Shown here: one piece after another, positions 13,051 to 26,720 of the stretch | Layout: every line of letters starts with the position of its first letter | How positions within the stretch are numbered: the first letter of the stretch is position 1 | From: Camelus ferus | Lineage: Eukaryota | Assembly (NCBI RefSeq): GCF_009834535.1 | Contig: NC_045696.1 | Span: 114,950,001 to 115,014,000, forward strand | Reading direction: 5' to 3' | DNA length: 64,000 nt | Position numbers and translations under genes: made by a program | Notes under the pieces: model-generated | The model's database searches: none | Told to the model about the DNA's origin: nothing | Seen by the model: only the letters and a program-made list of their open reading frames with translations

Positions 13051-15319
13051 TTCAAAAATCTCTTTGCATTGTTCTCATTCTCTTTGAGTACAGAATTCTC
13101 CGTCTTCTGAGCATACGACTTCCCAGTTCTAGTGTCCACGTTGGAATTCATTATGCTGGGAATCTATTAAGGGTTAACTGTCCCTGAACAGAATGAAATA
13201 AACCTAAGGGCAAAGATTATTTTCATCTGCTTGGTACGTGTACAGGTGCATCTTCCCAAGTTCAGGAGCTTCTGAGGCTATCTCACAGTCTCACATCACT
13301 GGTCTCCATACAGAGTCTATAATAAGAGAAAAACTTACTTTTGAACACAAAGCAAGATACCCTGTTGCTTCAAAGTCTTTGGAATTGCAGTTTCTTCTTC
13401 TTTCCTTTTTTTGATGGACCAACTATAGAGCAAGCACTTGAGAAGAATTCTCAGAAGCTAGTGTTTTATGAAGAGCCCCAGGGATTTTTTTTCCCATTTC
13501 TGAAAATGTTTTCACTTTGTGATACATATAATAATGCCAAGTTCTGGTTTTTGTGGATGAAAAAGACAGAAAGAGATATACAAAATTTTGTTTCATATTT
13601 GTAAGAGTTTAAACGTGCTAATCTGGTTATTTTATCATGGCTAATGATATATGGATTCATTCCTTACTCAAGATTACAAGTTGACTTGTTGGCCATGTGC
13701 ACTACAGTATAAAATTGAATTTGAAGAGTTAAATAACAGTAGTGATAACAATAGCATTTATGTACCATTTATTTATTGTATTCCAGGCACTGCGTTGAAC
13801 ACTTCGTTCAATTCACTGAGTTATTTAAAATCTTTCAAGCAATATTTGTCCTTTTTGCATTAATGCCTTCATGATACCTTGTATTCAGAATAGCAGATAA
13901 TATTAATATTAGCAGCCCTTCTAAAATTACTGTGTCATTGAATTTTTGCTCTAAATTTGTCCTTTTATTTTGATCAGCATCATCGCCAGGACTATTGTTT
14001 TCATTTATAATTTGTGGCTTTTAATGTGTATCTCTTGAACCCTCGGTACACATACCTTTTTAATTACCAAAGGGAAGAAATATATAAAGCTTTCATAAAG
14101 AGACCTCTTGCATGTGCATTTTGTATTATATACCTTAAAGACAGATAGATGGAGAAATTATTTGACCACAGAAAATTATAAAACAAAATGTTTCTGGAAG
14201 TGGAGTTCAGTGTTTTGAGCGGTATGGACTCCCAGAATGTAGATTCAACTTAGAAAGTTTTATATAAGTGATACTATGTTTAGATTCTTTGGCAATAAGG
14301 ATATTAATTTGGATACAGATGGGAAGAAGTGACTAGAAAAAGCAACACACTCTTTCCCCTCTCTATCCTTAACACTTTTCCACAAACTACCAGGGCTAGA
14401 TCACTCATTAAAATCTGAAAAACTGTCTGAAGTACCAATCACCCTCCTGACCACAGCCTCCAGATATGCTGGGCACAGAGCCAATGCCACACCAGGGAAG
14501 AAAGGTGACCTGCTGAACAGATGATAAACCTTTTCTTCCAAATATCAGTGCACCAGAGTTATAAGTGGCACATTGCTGTTTGCTCAAGCATTAACAGCCA
14601 GAAAAGCAAGTGAACATTTTAAAGAATTTCCAGACCAATCCTACTGAATTTCTTGGGAGAGGACAATTGTGCGACAGACACTGCCTGGGGCAAGAGACTA
14701 CTGTTTAACAGTTGCCCGAAATATAATTCACAAAACACTAAGTTGTAAGAGATGATCTTGGAAAGAAAACTTTCGTGTTCAAATAATTAGAGAATGATGT
14801 CACCACCTTGTCCCCCTCACGTATTAGACTGATAGTGACTCTAAGATGCCTTGCAAGATCGAAATCAATTTAACTCTGTTAATGAAACATTTCCCCAGTT
14901 CATTTCAATATTCCTTCATCAGGAAATGTGCTTTGAAAACCACAGAACCATGAGAATATATGCCAGGCAAAGAAAGAATTTAGAACAAAAACACAGAAAA
15001 CCAAAATTATCATCTGGGAAAAAAAAAAAAAAGAAAGAAATGCATTTCCATGGAGGGCTGGACACCTCGCCAGCCTAACAAAAATGGCCAGCCCCCAGCG
15101 TACATATTGTACCAAATTTCCCTTCTAGGAGCTGAATTGCTGGATTCTGTCTGAAAGGAATCAGTACTTCCAAGTTTCATGTTCTTAAAAAAGGTAAGGA
15201 ACCTAGTTTTCTCTACTATTTATTTAAAATCCAGGCACAACCTCTTTCTGAACATCAGGATACTTACCTTGAAAACCCCCGTTCATCTACTTCTCATTTT
15301 GTCTACCACCAGGATTCTA

Positions 15320-15410
15320 TTTTTAGTTTTATTAATGGAGGTACCGGGGATTGAACCATGGACCTCATGCATGCTATGCACGTGCTCTACCCCTGAGCTG
15401 TTTCCCTCCC
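15320..15410 (-). mobile_element. tRNA-derived SINE (camelid Vic-1 type)
   Basis: Minus strand GGGAGGGAAACAGCTCAGGGGTAGAG (A box)...GGTTCAATCCCC (B box)...A-rich tail; perfect 18-bp TSD tctaccaccaggattcta (15302-15319, 15411-15428). Confidence 0.92.
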
Positions 15411-15699
15411 TCTACCACCAGGATTCTAATGAAATACATATATCTCTTTCCAGCAGTAGCCTCTTAAACATCTTCTGCCTATTTTTTACATCGCACATCA
15501 TCACTCGGTGAAAAGAATCTTTGAAAGACACTCATATGGCCCTATCTTACCCCATTTTGCATTCTTTAGTGTCTCCCCATTGCTTTTAGTGTTAAGACTC
15601 CGTTCCCTAAGCTGACCACAGGACCCACCGTGATCCCGACAACCCAGCTCACCTCCCCTTCGGGTGACCTCTCTCTTCCTTTTAGTCACATTCATCTTC

Positions 15700-16065
15700 T
15701 TTCAATTCCTCGTAGGCTCCATGGTCCTTTGCATTTCAGACTTCTGCAAATATTCCTCCTTCTTTTGAAATAGCTCCAGTGCACCGTGCCCTCCCACTAA
15801 ATAATGGTTTTGTATGTATTCTTCAGAACCGATGTCTCCAAGAAAGACTTTCCTTCCCCCAGATAATTTCAGAAGCCCCTCCTATAAGCAGCCACAGCGC
15901 TCTACATTTCTACATGTAGTATTTGTCCCAGTCTTCAGCCAGTACTTGACTGGTTAATTGATTATTGAATGTTTGTCTCACTAGATTTAAAGAAAGACAG
16001 GGATGGTGTTTTCCAGCAGTAAGTCCACAAGGCTTGGCACTTAGTAACTGACTGAATGAACAGAA
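15700..16065 (+). mobile_element. L2 LINE 3' remnant
   Basis: 'tgtttgtctcactagattt...ggcttggcacttagtaactgactgaatgaa' L2-like end. Confidence 0.45.
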
Positions 16066-16069
16066 GCTT

Positions 16070-16130
16070 GAATGAATGGATAGGTAGATGGTTGGGTAGA
16101 TGGATGGATGATGATTGGATAAGTGGATGA
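16070..16130. repeat. Degenerate (GGAT)n microsatellite
   Basis: 'gaatggataggtagatggttgggtagatggatggatgatg'. Confidence 0.7.
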
Positions 16131-18319
16131 GTAATTTAAAAAATAATTGTACACCTGCATGAATCCTCATTCTATAAATATCTGAACATGCTTGGACTCT
16201 GAAAGATAACCTAAGTTTTTGTTAATTTTATTATTTAACAATAATTTCAAAGATGAGCTCTTTTCATCTCTATTCAAGTCAATTTACTGCAGAAGTATAA
16301 TCTCTCTAAGCTTTCAAACTATAACTTGAATCTCTCCTTTCTTCTACTAGTTTTATTTTGTATCTCCCTTGTATTCTAGTATAACAGGGAGTTACTTTTC
16401 TGTTGGTCTCACATGCTTCAACTTTCCGAGCCACACTGAATTTGGGGTAACTTTTTTTGGGGTGGTCATATGTACATTTATTTATTTTTAATTATTACCC
16501 ATTGTCTGGAAGCTGCAATCCATTCACTTCCAAAATAATAGGGAATCAATTATTCATCAAGTGAAATATAACAATGTAATGAATGTGTGTAGCCTTACTT
16601 TAGAACCCTTATAGTTTTATGCAAATGAAAGGCGTTCTAATTAAAATGCAAAATAAACTCATTTAATTTACCATTCATCTATGGAAATTTTTGCCATAGT
16701 TTGTTTCATGGCAATTGAACAAGTTCTACAGTTACTTAGTATTTATAATTAAATTGGCTTTTTTTTTAAAAAAAAAGACTTTTGACAAAATACCTGTTGT
16801 AAACCAAAAAGAGCAGAGAAAACAAATGTTAATTTAAAATTTTGTGAAGTCCAGTGTTCTGCATGTGTGATATAAATTGGCCAAATTGATGACAGGAAAA
16901 AATCACTCCCTGAGTCATTCATTCATTCACTTAATCGCTAGTTACCAAGACCTTTCACATGTTGGGTACTCTTCTAGCGTCTGGCAAACCCGAGCTGAGT
17001 GAGACAGAGAAGGCGGCTCCCCTTTCTGGAGTTCACGCCCACCCTGTGCAAGTCACGTGTTCTTTCTGGGTCAGATTCTCCGTTTTGTCCTAAGGTGAGG
17101 CGAGAAGTTAGCCGAGCATCCTTCCAGAGTCCCCTGTCCCTGGCTGTCACACTGACCCAGTCTCCTTTTCCCTGCGTCCATCATGTGACCAGACTGGGTG
17201 ACAAATCCACACCCCCCCACCAATCGCACCGATGAGCTTTGAGTATTTCAACTCCTGTGACTCGAGTCAGGGTAAGAACCTTAAGATGGTTGATTCCAGG
17301 GCTCTGAAAATATCACATTGAAATGAATGCCTCAGTTGCCTGCATTCTCAGCTGGAGGCCAAAGAGAGAGAGTTTGTTTTTAACTTTCTCGTTCTTTCAT
17401 CAGAAACACTGTGCTACTTTATAACTATATGAAATCTCTTCTCTTCTCATTTTAGCCTAACCAATAGAACAAAATCTTAAGGACCAGCTGCGTTTCTTTA
17501 ACTGCATTCAGCATGTTCATTTGCTTCTGACTTCATTTTGTCCTATTTGAAGTATGTTTTTTTCTCCTATCTGTTGAAAGCACTAAGCTTAATTCTGATT
17601 GGCTAGTTTAAATACATTTCTGAATGATGAAATTTGAGCACAGAAAGCTCAAATTGTTACAACTAAATTTCTGACCTAGATGTCATGTGTTATTTGTGGT
17701 GCTGGACCAGAGCCAAGGCATTTATGTAACTGAATTATTGGTTGCAAAATCAGTTGAAAAGTGACTTTACTAACTACATGAAATAAAAACAGCAAATACT
17801 AGGAACCTATATTTTATGCTGTAATCCCCACAGCTGTTATTTTGTAATGTTGAATTATGAAATCTCAGGGCTTTAAGAGGAGAACATTATGGTTTGTATT
17901 TTTTCCCCTTGTAGAAAATATAACACAGTGTTTCATTTGCCTTCCATGGTTTCTTTTCCTTGGATTATCTGTAATGGAAAAAAAAAATACTGTCACATTG
18001 TTGTAGTAAGCAAAAAAAAAATAACATTATAAACATCCCTGGTTTATATTTAGCAAATCTTCTGATTGCTACACCCCAAGCCATCTCTCGCTGGCTTAAT
18101 ATTTATTTGGATTCGTATTTCAAATGTGGAACTTTTTGTAATAATTTAGAAAAATAAGTTCTCCAGTTATTACGTAATTTGCTAGCAGACTCTTCTACTC
18201 TGAGATTATATTACAGGTGAAAGTGTTCATTTTCACTGACTGAGAGCAATTGATTTTTTTATTAGATATACTACTTCTTGTCACTGACAATAATGATAAT
18301 CGCAGTAAAATAGAGTCCC

Positions 18320-18550
18320 CGTTTATTAGTTATGTTACACGTGCCCCGCAAAGTGGCACTATAGAAATGTGGTCTCATTTGTTCTCACAGCAAGTTAATG
18401 GAGAAACATCGTTACCCCCATTTTAGAGATGAGAGTACTGAGGTTTTGAGATATGAAACTTCCACAAATTCCTGCAACTGGAAAGCAAGTACTGATTTGA
18501 TTCCTGGTCTGTCTGCCAGCAGAGCCCATGTTCCTGACACTTGTCACTAC
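18320..18550 (-). mobile_element. MIR SINE
   Basis: 'ccccattttagagatgagagtactgaggttttgag' MIR core. Confidence 0.7.
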
Positions 18551-20421
18551 TCAATGTCCCTAACTACAAAATTTAGATCTTCTTATTGTGATCGAGATGA
18601 TTTTGCGGATCATTTGCACAAGCTGGTGTTTGCAGGTAGAGAAGATGGAATATGATCTACCAGGCTTAGTTATGTGAATTTTGAAAACCACCAGGAGACA
18701 AAGATTTTCTGAGAGGAGAGATCAGCCTGCACATGTACCACATCAACGAATTACAGCAGTTTTATTAAAAGAGGATGTCTCCAGAGTAGCCTTGCCCCCC
18801 GACACCTCCTTCTGCTTAGGTGTGTGTGAGTACGAGCCTGCGTGCAAGTGTGTGGGGCGACACTTGGGCACCAGGGGTGATCTTGAGCATCAGGGTGATG
18901 ACTTAAGTGGAACTGTTGCATGAGGGGCTGTCTGCTGCTGGCATCCGCAAATTGGTGGTCAGCTAGTACACCGAGTGGGACTACTGGGTTTATTATTGGG
19001 ACATCTTATTTATCAGTAAAGTGATGATGGTAGGGGCTGGAAAGAGGTCTTACGGGCTAATGGAGAATGGGAGGGGAAAACACCAAAGCAAGGAGTTGGG
19101 CAGGTGGACTAAAATGCATTGTCATCTTCTAAGCTGTGAGGGGGGTGATCCATGTGGGAGGAAGTGGGATGGAAGTAAGGGGAGGACAAATGGTGATGCT
19201 CAGAGGCCGAGGTCTGGAGACAAAGCCCTAGTGATTCCAAAGCCAGGCAGCGCGCTGTTTCAGCAGTATCGTCCGTACATCCTCTGGGACCTGTGCAGGC
19301 TTGTGCCCCGTGAGTTTATGGAGCTAGAAAAGAGCATGGTTTTACTTTTAAGACTGATCAGTAGGATTGCAGCAGGAGCTTTGCCTCCTGCAAGAATGTC
19401 CTCCCTTTGCCGACATGGGTGAGAGCTGCTGTAACCCCCAAGGATTCTTATCATTCATAAGGTAGGAAGATTCGTGAAGTTGATTGATGGGACAGGACCT
19501 GGGGCTCTGAAACCAGGAAGCAGTAAACTTGTCTCGGAGTCATTACCAGAACAAACTTGTGAAACAGAAGTGGAATGTTAAGGGAAGAGGATAGTTGGGA
19601 ACTACAATTACTGGATTAGGTTACTTGTGGGGTAAGGACAGCCTTAATGCGAGAAGGGATTGGAGAAGCAAAGCTAGGGATACAGAATATCCAGAGACAA
19701 TAAACCTCAAGTCAAGGTTAAACTGGATCATCTGTTGAGGAGAGACTGCCCATCACAGGCTAAAAGAGTACCAACTGCTTTCTGCTGAAGGTCTGCTTTC
19801 ACTGAAGCTCTGGCGTCGGCTGCTCTGGTGATGCATCCCTCTTTCTGAAAGCAGGCTCATTTCATGGGCATTTTGGGAGCCCATGCTCAGCATAACACTC
19901 CCTCAGATGGCCAGAACCATGAACCCCTCTTTACTGTGGTGCTTATCTGAAAGCGGAAAGTTCCTCCATCACTGTGAACGGCTTTCTCTGATGCACGAAT
20001 TGTTTTAACTATGTCGCTCTGTTGATCAGGAACTCTGTCCTCATTAAGCTAAATAAGACGGAAAGTTATTTAATTTTCTCAGGGTAACGTCTTAGTTGTC
20101 CCCCTTTTCAACGTTTACAATTAGATCTCTATCGAGGGTCAATCCTTCCTCTCCTACCGCACCCAAACTTCATCATTTTTAAAGTTGCCTCCATCTTCTT
20201 TGTATTACTATTTTACAGTTTAAAAGTGAGCAAGAATATTACATGTGTCAAACAAGCTCCAAATGATAGGACTGGACAGAATCAATACTACATCTTAGGG
20301 TAAAAGCTGAAACAAATCAGTTTCCACTACATCTAGCCCTTAGGACATTAGTAAGTCAAAGTTGATCATCACAGGTTTTAATAACCTTTCAGAAATATGA
20401 TTCATACATGGTTTATATACC

Positions 20422-20457
20422 TTTTTATAAGGTATAGTCAGTTTACAATATTGTGTC
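20422..20457 (-). mobile_element. Tiny L1 3' tail
   Basis: 'tttttataaggtatagtcagtttacaatattgtgtc' matches the extreme 3' end of other L1 copies in this window; flanks both contain tttatat..cctt. Confidence 0.6.
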
Positions 20458-21554
20458 GTGCGCTTTATATCCTTAATTCTCATCTGTAAGTTGGAAGAAG
20501 TTTCAACAAAATGGCTTTTACTGACAATCGCTTAACTAAAAGATGTCTGAAGCCAGCATGTATTTTTAAATATTGGGGGAGAAATAGAAAAAAAAACACT
20601 CAAAGAAAAATATTTCACATGGGACCTATATGCTTTCGTGTATATGCAGCAATGATTAAGAGGAGATTTAAGTCTTTTGGACCCACTGATATTTTAAGAG
20701 TCACTGTAATATTTTTCTTGGGCCCTGGCAATCTGGTACCTATTTAATGATGGCTACAAACTATTCCCGCCATTTACTTTAATTTATCTGTGATTAATAG
20801 CCACTAATAAAGGGCTGTATCATTTAAATAAATGGGATACTTCATCACCTCCTTTAAACAGTTTCTGCCACCTCTCCTATTATCAGCGCAGGTGACAAGT
20901 AGCAAAATTAACTGAGTTGAGTCTTAATCTCTGTCTTGCAGTCTGCCCACCATCTGGTACGTGGTGAAAACTCTGATGTCTATGTTTTGACCTGTTTGTT
21001 ACTTGCTTTGATTTGATTAAAAAAGAACAATATTCAACTGAAATTGTCTAATATTTCCTGTTACCATAAGCATTTCTGCTGATTGATTTTTTTAAATGAG
21101 CTCATTTAAATAAAAGGGTCAGTGGGTCCAGTTTGAATTTTCAGCTATAACTAGTCAGTGCTAGGTCATAAATTCCAATGTTGACTCTTAGAAAAATAAA
21201 AAGTAATAAATACAAAGAGAAGTCTTGAGGAATGCCACTTGTCACAACTGTTGTTTTAATAAAGACAACAAAGTACTATTAATAGAATTTGTTTTCTGTT
21301 GCAGTGCAGATTTTTTAACGGAATGGAATGTACTTCATTGAAAAATTAACCTGTTTTAGATACAATCATGCTGACAAAAAATTGTGCATTTATAGGAGTA
21401 AATGAAAGAGAAATATAAAATATATCCATACCTATTGCACCATTTTTAAATTGGGACATGTTGGCATAAATACATTTAATATTACAATGCTAGGAGGATT
21501 TCCATTAACTTCAGGACTGATCTAAATTTGCTCACTGCCAGTAAAAGCATTTTA

Positions 21555-21770
21555 AATTATCTGGAATGTCCTAGTCAAATCCATTAGAAAAGGGAAAATA
21601 AGAGGTGTAAATATTACCAAAAAGGAGCACAAATTTGACAATGATATGATAACCAAAACACTATTCAGGAACAGTACAAATTCAATAAAATGATTGGTTA
21701 AAGAATAAATATCGGAAAATCAGTGATATTCTCTATACGTACTCAAAACACGCTCAGTTATATTTTAGAG
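21555..21770 (+). mobile_element. Ancient L1M ORF2 remnant
   Basis: Degenerate 'ctggaatgtcctagtcaaatccattaga...aaatcagtgatattctctatac'. Confidence 0.5.
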
Positions 21771-22188
21771 AAGGAGACCCCACATCCTACTCCTGGTGGA
21801 GAGGTGTCTTCTGGCGTCATGGGAAGAGCCCACCAGGCTTTCTTAGTTCTTCAGGGTCTGGCCCTATTGGTGGAAGTTTGCGTGCTTCATCTCTGGGCCA
21901 CGTTGGAGCTGGAGACCAGGATCTGGCTCATGGATAGAGCTCTGGATGAACCAAGTCGGGTACTTGTCTACCCATGAAAACCCTCGAAGATCGTCTCTTC
22001 TCTGAATTATGGAAGAGTTAATTGTCTGTGTCATTCCCGGAGCACCTAGCGGGCGCAGGTGCAGAACCGACTTGCAGTGGACACCTAACACATGATAAAG
22101 CGCACCCTTTGACCACCATCACTGGGTGAGTGGATTCAGAATATTCACTTCTGTAAAATGTGAATTAATAAAATAGCCAGGATGGATC

Positions 22189-22697
22189 TGTTACTGAACC
22201 AAACTTGGGTCCACTCACCCGCAAGCCCAGTAAAGCCAATCTACTGACACAAGGTTGCAGTGAAGGAAAGTGCAGGGCACTGAGCAAGGAGTCCAGGAAG
22301 CTAGTGCTCAAAACAGCTGAATTCTCCAATGGGTTTCAGCAAAAGCATTTTCAAAGGCCAGATGAAGGAGGCAGGTCGCAGGTATGTAGTTAGCTGTGCA
22401 CGACTCTCTGACTGACTGATGGTGAGGTAAAAGGTGGGGTATCACAGAGGTCAATGTCATCAACCCTTAGGTTCCAGTAGGCCTGGGGGCTGCTTGCTCA
22501 TGATCATACGTAGTTAACATCTTCCATTTGGTGGTGATTGAGGCAGGCAGTTCATATCTGTAAACCAACTCAGGAAATATGCCTCAGCTATTGTTGTCTG
22601 GGTACCTCAGAGAGGAGTTACAGCAAAGAACCAAACTTGGATCCACTGGGGGAGGGGTCTGTCCTGGGAAGTCCCCACAGGGTCCTGCTCGGTTATT
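22189..22697 (-). mobile_element. ERV1-class solo LTR
   Basis: Starts TGTTACTGAACC on +; minus strand starts TAACCGAGCAGGACCC; ~510 bp; right terminus degenerate, TSD not resolved. Confidence 0.8.
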
Positions 22698-24102
22698 CGC
22701 CTATGCAATTGACTGGCTAGGAATTTGGGAATAGATCTAAAATTTTAGACAAGTGTAACATTTTGTTTGGTTTGGCACCAATTAGTGATGCTTGCTTGCC
22801 CTGGCTTAAGTACTGATAGAGGGGATAATGGATCAACTGGGCCGTTGGGGCTTCCTGGTTGCCATCAGAGCCTTGAGAGTCATCTGTTTAGTTGATACAT
22901 GTTGGCCAGGTTTGGGGGGATGGGGGTGGGAGAATCCTGGGGATGCAGGACCCATTCCCCCCCACCACATTTCTTGCAGTAGAGTTACTTTCAATACCCA
23001 CCCAGCCTTGTTCCCCCTTTCACGTCCTGTCCCACACCCATGAGAAAGTAGGAACTTTAAGCTGCCACCTCCTCTACTGCCCTCTCCCCCCAGGCATTTC
23101 CAGAACAGGGTCAAGAAGAAGGATGAGAAGTCAGTCAACACATCCAAATGTGTGTTACTGTGTTGTGTCTTATGAGGAGGAGAGAGCTCGTCTGGTCATT
23201 TTTCTTTGTTCGAGAAAAGAACTTGGCATCACTTTCCACAGGGACACTCTGCTTGTAGTCGGCTCCAAAAACTTCAACTGGTGATGATAAAATGCCTTGA
23301 ATTTTCACGATCAAAAACAATCGTTTAAGGTCACAGTTCCTAAATTGTATGCAAAGTGGTTCAAAGGATGTTGGTAAACTCACTGGGGCATCACTAGATA
23401 CTTTAAAATTTTCGAAGGCAACGCAGCCTGTCAGACACTGCACACGCCACCTGATCAAGATGCTCACAGTTTCTACACGAGATCATGTAATTGCTTTTCG
23501 TGACGTCATAGTTTTACAAAGCTTAGTTTTGGTTTTGTGCCCAAAACCAAAACTACTGACCCTCGTTGACTGACACCACAAAAGTCAACAAGGATCAAAA
23601 AATGACCTTGAAGGTGTTCAGTCAATCTTATCTGAGAAAACGTCCCTGAGTTAGATAGGCATGTGCATTCCATTATCATGTAATTGTAGTCATTTTAGAA
23701 TGAAGCAAAAAATAATGTTTTACTTTCATTAATATCTGTTATTTAGTCATTTAGCTACTTACTTGTTAGGATATAAATATTTATTAAGTTATTTGGACCC
23801 AATTGCTTAATAAATAGGACTCATATATTTCTTTTGACCTGGGACTATCATGTAAAACTTATTAAGACACTAAAAGTGCCACAAAATAAGAAAGTTTGGA
23901 AACCTTTTAAGGAGTTTATTTTCGTTGCTCTTTAGAGTCTCGTGAGTCAATGAAATAACTGAAAAATCTCCATTATGAGAAGGTATCAAAAACTGCAATT
24001 TTGAGCAAATTGATCCCTATGTGGTTACTTGAAGCGAAAACCAAACAAACAAACAAAAAATGAGATGGATTATTTAAAGACAAATTCCATCTACTATGGG
24101 TC

Positions 24103-24651
24103 TGTCGGGGAGAAAGAAATTTTTCTCTCCCCTTTGAAGTTCTTCTGGTTTGGTCTAAGAATTATATTGACATGAGACAGATTAACCAGAGAAAATCACA
24201 CAGAAATCTAATAACATGGATCCCTGGGAGAGACCCCGAAAAACTGAGGAATTCACCAAAATGGCTGAGTCCCTCCCCTTAAACATCATCTTCAACTAAA
24301 GACAAGAAAGGTAGTGGGGGATAATGGTTTGGGACTTCAAAAGGGAGGGAGGAAATTGACATGGAGGTAGAAAAGTGAATGTTTGGTAAACTGATGCTTG
24401 CGGGGCCAGCAGGGACGAGGGACACAGAGGGGCATTTTAAGGAGGCGACTTTGCTGGGTTGCTCCCTGTCTGCACACCTAGTGGGTACCTAGAGTGATGC
24501 TCCCTTCCTGGAATAGGTCCTCTGTTTACACTCTTTTAGGCAGTTAGAAGGAAGGTTTTTCTTCCTGACTCCTTGGGACCCTGTTATTTTCAGCTCAAAA
24601 TAATCAGCGTGCCAAAGAGACTTTTGGGGTGGCAAGTTTTGCTCCCTTGCA
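24103..24651 (-). mobile_element. ERV1-class solo LTR (MER34-like)
   Basis: TG...CA termini, 549 bp, perfect TSD ggtc (24099-24102, 24652-24655); minus strand 'TTGCCACCCCAAAA...TTTGGCA...GATTATTTTGAGCTGAA'. Confidence 0.88.
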
Positions 24652-25017
24652 GGTCAAACATTACCACATAAAAATGTGTTAAAATGGAATATTCAGCCTT
24701 TGAAGTTTTCACGATTTTCTTAAGATCCTTGTCACAGCCCATAAACAGGCACAGAGAGCTTTATTTACATGACTTAAAATTGTGCATTTTGATGACATAT
24801 GTCCTGGCTTTTTTATTTTGCAGGGAGGGTGGCTCTTATCTTGTTATTAAGTAAGCTAAACTCCAATCTGACTTTTTACCTTAAGGAATTCAATTAGAAA
24901 TAACTTTTAAAAAACCTAAAAAACCTCTGTCATTGTTTCACGTTTGCAGCCAGCTCATATTTGTTCATCATATTATAAACATGGCTTAGCAAAACAGGTT
25001 GTAAAAGGTCTCATTTT

Positions 25018-25256
25018 TTATTTCTTTCTTTTTTATTGTAGTATAGTCAGTTTACAATGTTGTGTCAATTTCTGGTGTACAGCACAGTGCTTCAGTCATC
25101 CGTATACAAACATATATTCCTTTTCATATTCTTTTTCATTACAGGTTACTACAAGATACTGAATATAGTTCCCTGTGCTGTACAGTAGGAACTTGTTGTT
25201 TATCTATTTTATATGTAGTAGTTAGTATCTGCAAATCTGAAACTACCAACTTATCA
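25018..25256 (-). mobile_element. LINE-1 3' end
   Basis: T-rich tail plus L1 3'UTR; 16-bp TSD taaaaggtctcatttt (25002-25017) / taaaatgtctcatttt (25257-25272). Confidence 0.92.
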
Positions 25257-26499
25257 TAAAATGTCTCATTTTAAAAGGAGTCTTCAGCAGTGTTTTGTCA
25301 CAGACTACATGTGCCTTCATGGTGTGTGTGTGTGTGTGTGAGTGTTTACTGTGACAATTAGAAATCGCCTGTTCTAATTTCCTCTAATTTCCAAATACTA
25401 CAGAGATATCTTTGCGAAAGCGTAAATAAATTGCTCTCTCAGCCCCCATATTCATGAGTTAAATGAACATTAAAAAAAAATGAATGGCCGGGTATATTAT
25501 TTGCTAAAAATTAAATGAAATTGTAAAATCACTCTGTATCCCTGGGATGTTTAGAAAATGCAAGATTTGTGTCAAACCAAAAGGAGTTTCGGTCATTTTT
25601 ATGGAAGCTATGTTATTTGAAATGATTCACTAATAACCAAAACTATTTCATATATTGTCTTTTAACCATTTGGTGAATTTTTTCTTTTAAGTTTGATTTG
25701 GAGAGCACTATTTAATCTTACTGAAGGTACATTTATTCAGGAGGCTTCAGGTACATCATAATGAAGATAGTCCTAAAAGGTGAGTCACAGGATCATGATG
25801 TCGGGAAAAATCAGAATGGAACTCTAAGCGCCAATCAGTTCCACTTCTTTCCAGATGTTTTACTGCTGCTTGAAAACTAAGTAGTTACCCATTGAGCTTG
25901 ATGTGGCTTTTCAGAGGAAAAACAAAAATGCATTTTCAGAGCCTCTGGTTTGTAAGTGCTGTGACTTGCAATGAGCAATTCCCACATGCCCTTTACAAAT
26001 GTTTTATTACATTTCATTAGGCAGAGATGGGGGTAAGGAGACACTTGAGAAAAATCCACATAGCAGAGGAGATATTGCAGGGTATTCAGGTTTGATAATT
26101 GTGGTACTTTGTAACCTAAGGAAGAACATAAAGTTAGAAAATAAAGAAGTGGGCCACCTGCAGTGTTAACTTGGTGCTTCTTGAATGTGTTCACTGAGTG
26201 GAAAGAAAGAGAAAGTGTTTAAGGCACCATGAAGGCATCTGGAAGTCTCAGAAATGAGCTCCTAGGTCATCGACATGTTTCATGTGTCCTAACAACGCTA
26301 CCTTTGGTGTCTAAACTTCTTTCCTTGGCTTTAGTTTATCTGTGGAAGGGCGTGCTAAATGGATACGCTTACTTTTAGAACTTTTTTGAAAGCAACATGG
26401 AAGATAATAAGAATCATGTCCATTTTATTATACTGTTGCATAATAAAACTTTGATATCTGTCCTCAAGAATTAATTTACACTTGTATTAATTTTACCAA

Positions 26500-26720
26500 T
26501 AAGTAATCAGTTTATTGAATGGGTGAGCCAAGGTGCTCGATTTGAGCTATTTTGTTTGCTCATCACAACCACTCTCTGAGTTCAGTTCTATTGGTAGCTC
26601 CATTTTAAGAATTAGAAAACTGAGGTCCAGGGAGATTCCAAGATCATTGGACGGTAAGTCATGGAGTCAGGACTTGAATCTAATTCACTTGACCTTAGAG
26701 CTCGTGTTTATTTTTTCCCA
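26500..26720 (-). mobile_element. MIR SINE
   Basis: 'ccattttaagaattagaaaactgaggtccagggag...ggagtcaggacttgaatc'. Confidence 0.7.

Noticed and set aside
15260..15272. Strong minus-strand donor AAG|GTAAGTAT
   Set aside because: No plausible partner acceptor; upstream sequence is a SINE insertion
16759..16777. T-run/A-run palindromes (also ~35567-35591)
   Set aside because: Trivial homopolymer juxtapositions
18660..19900. GC-richer segment with a 133-aa ORF, possibly ancient LTR pieces
   Set aside because: ORF has no recognisable homology; termini and TSDs could not be established, so left uncalled
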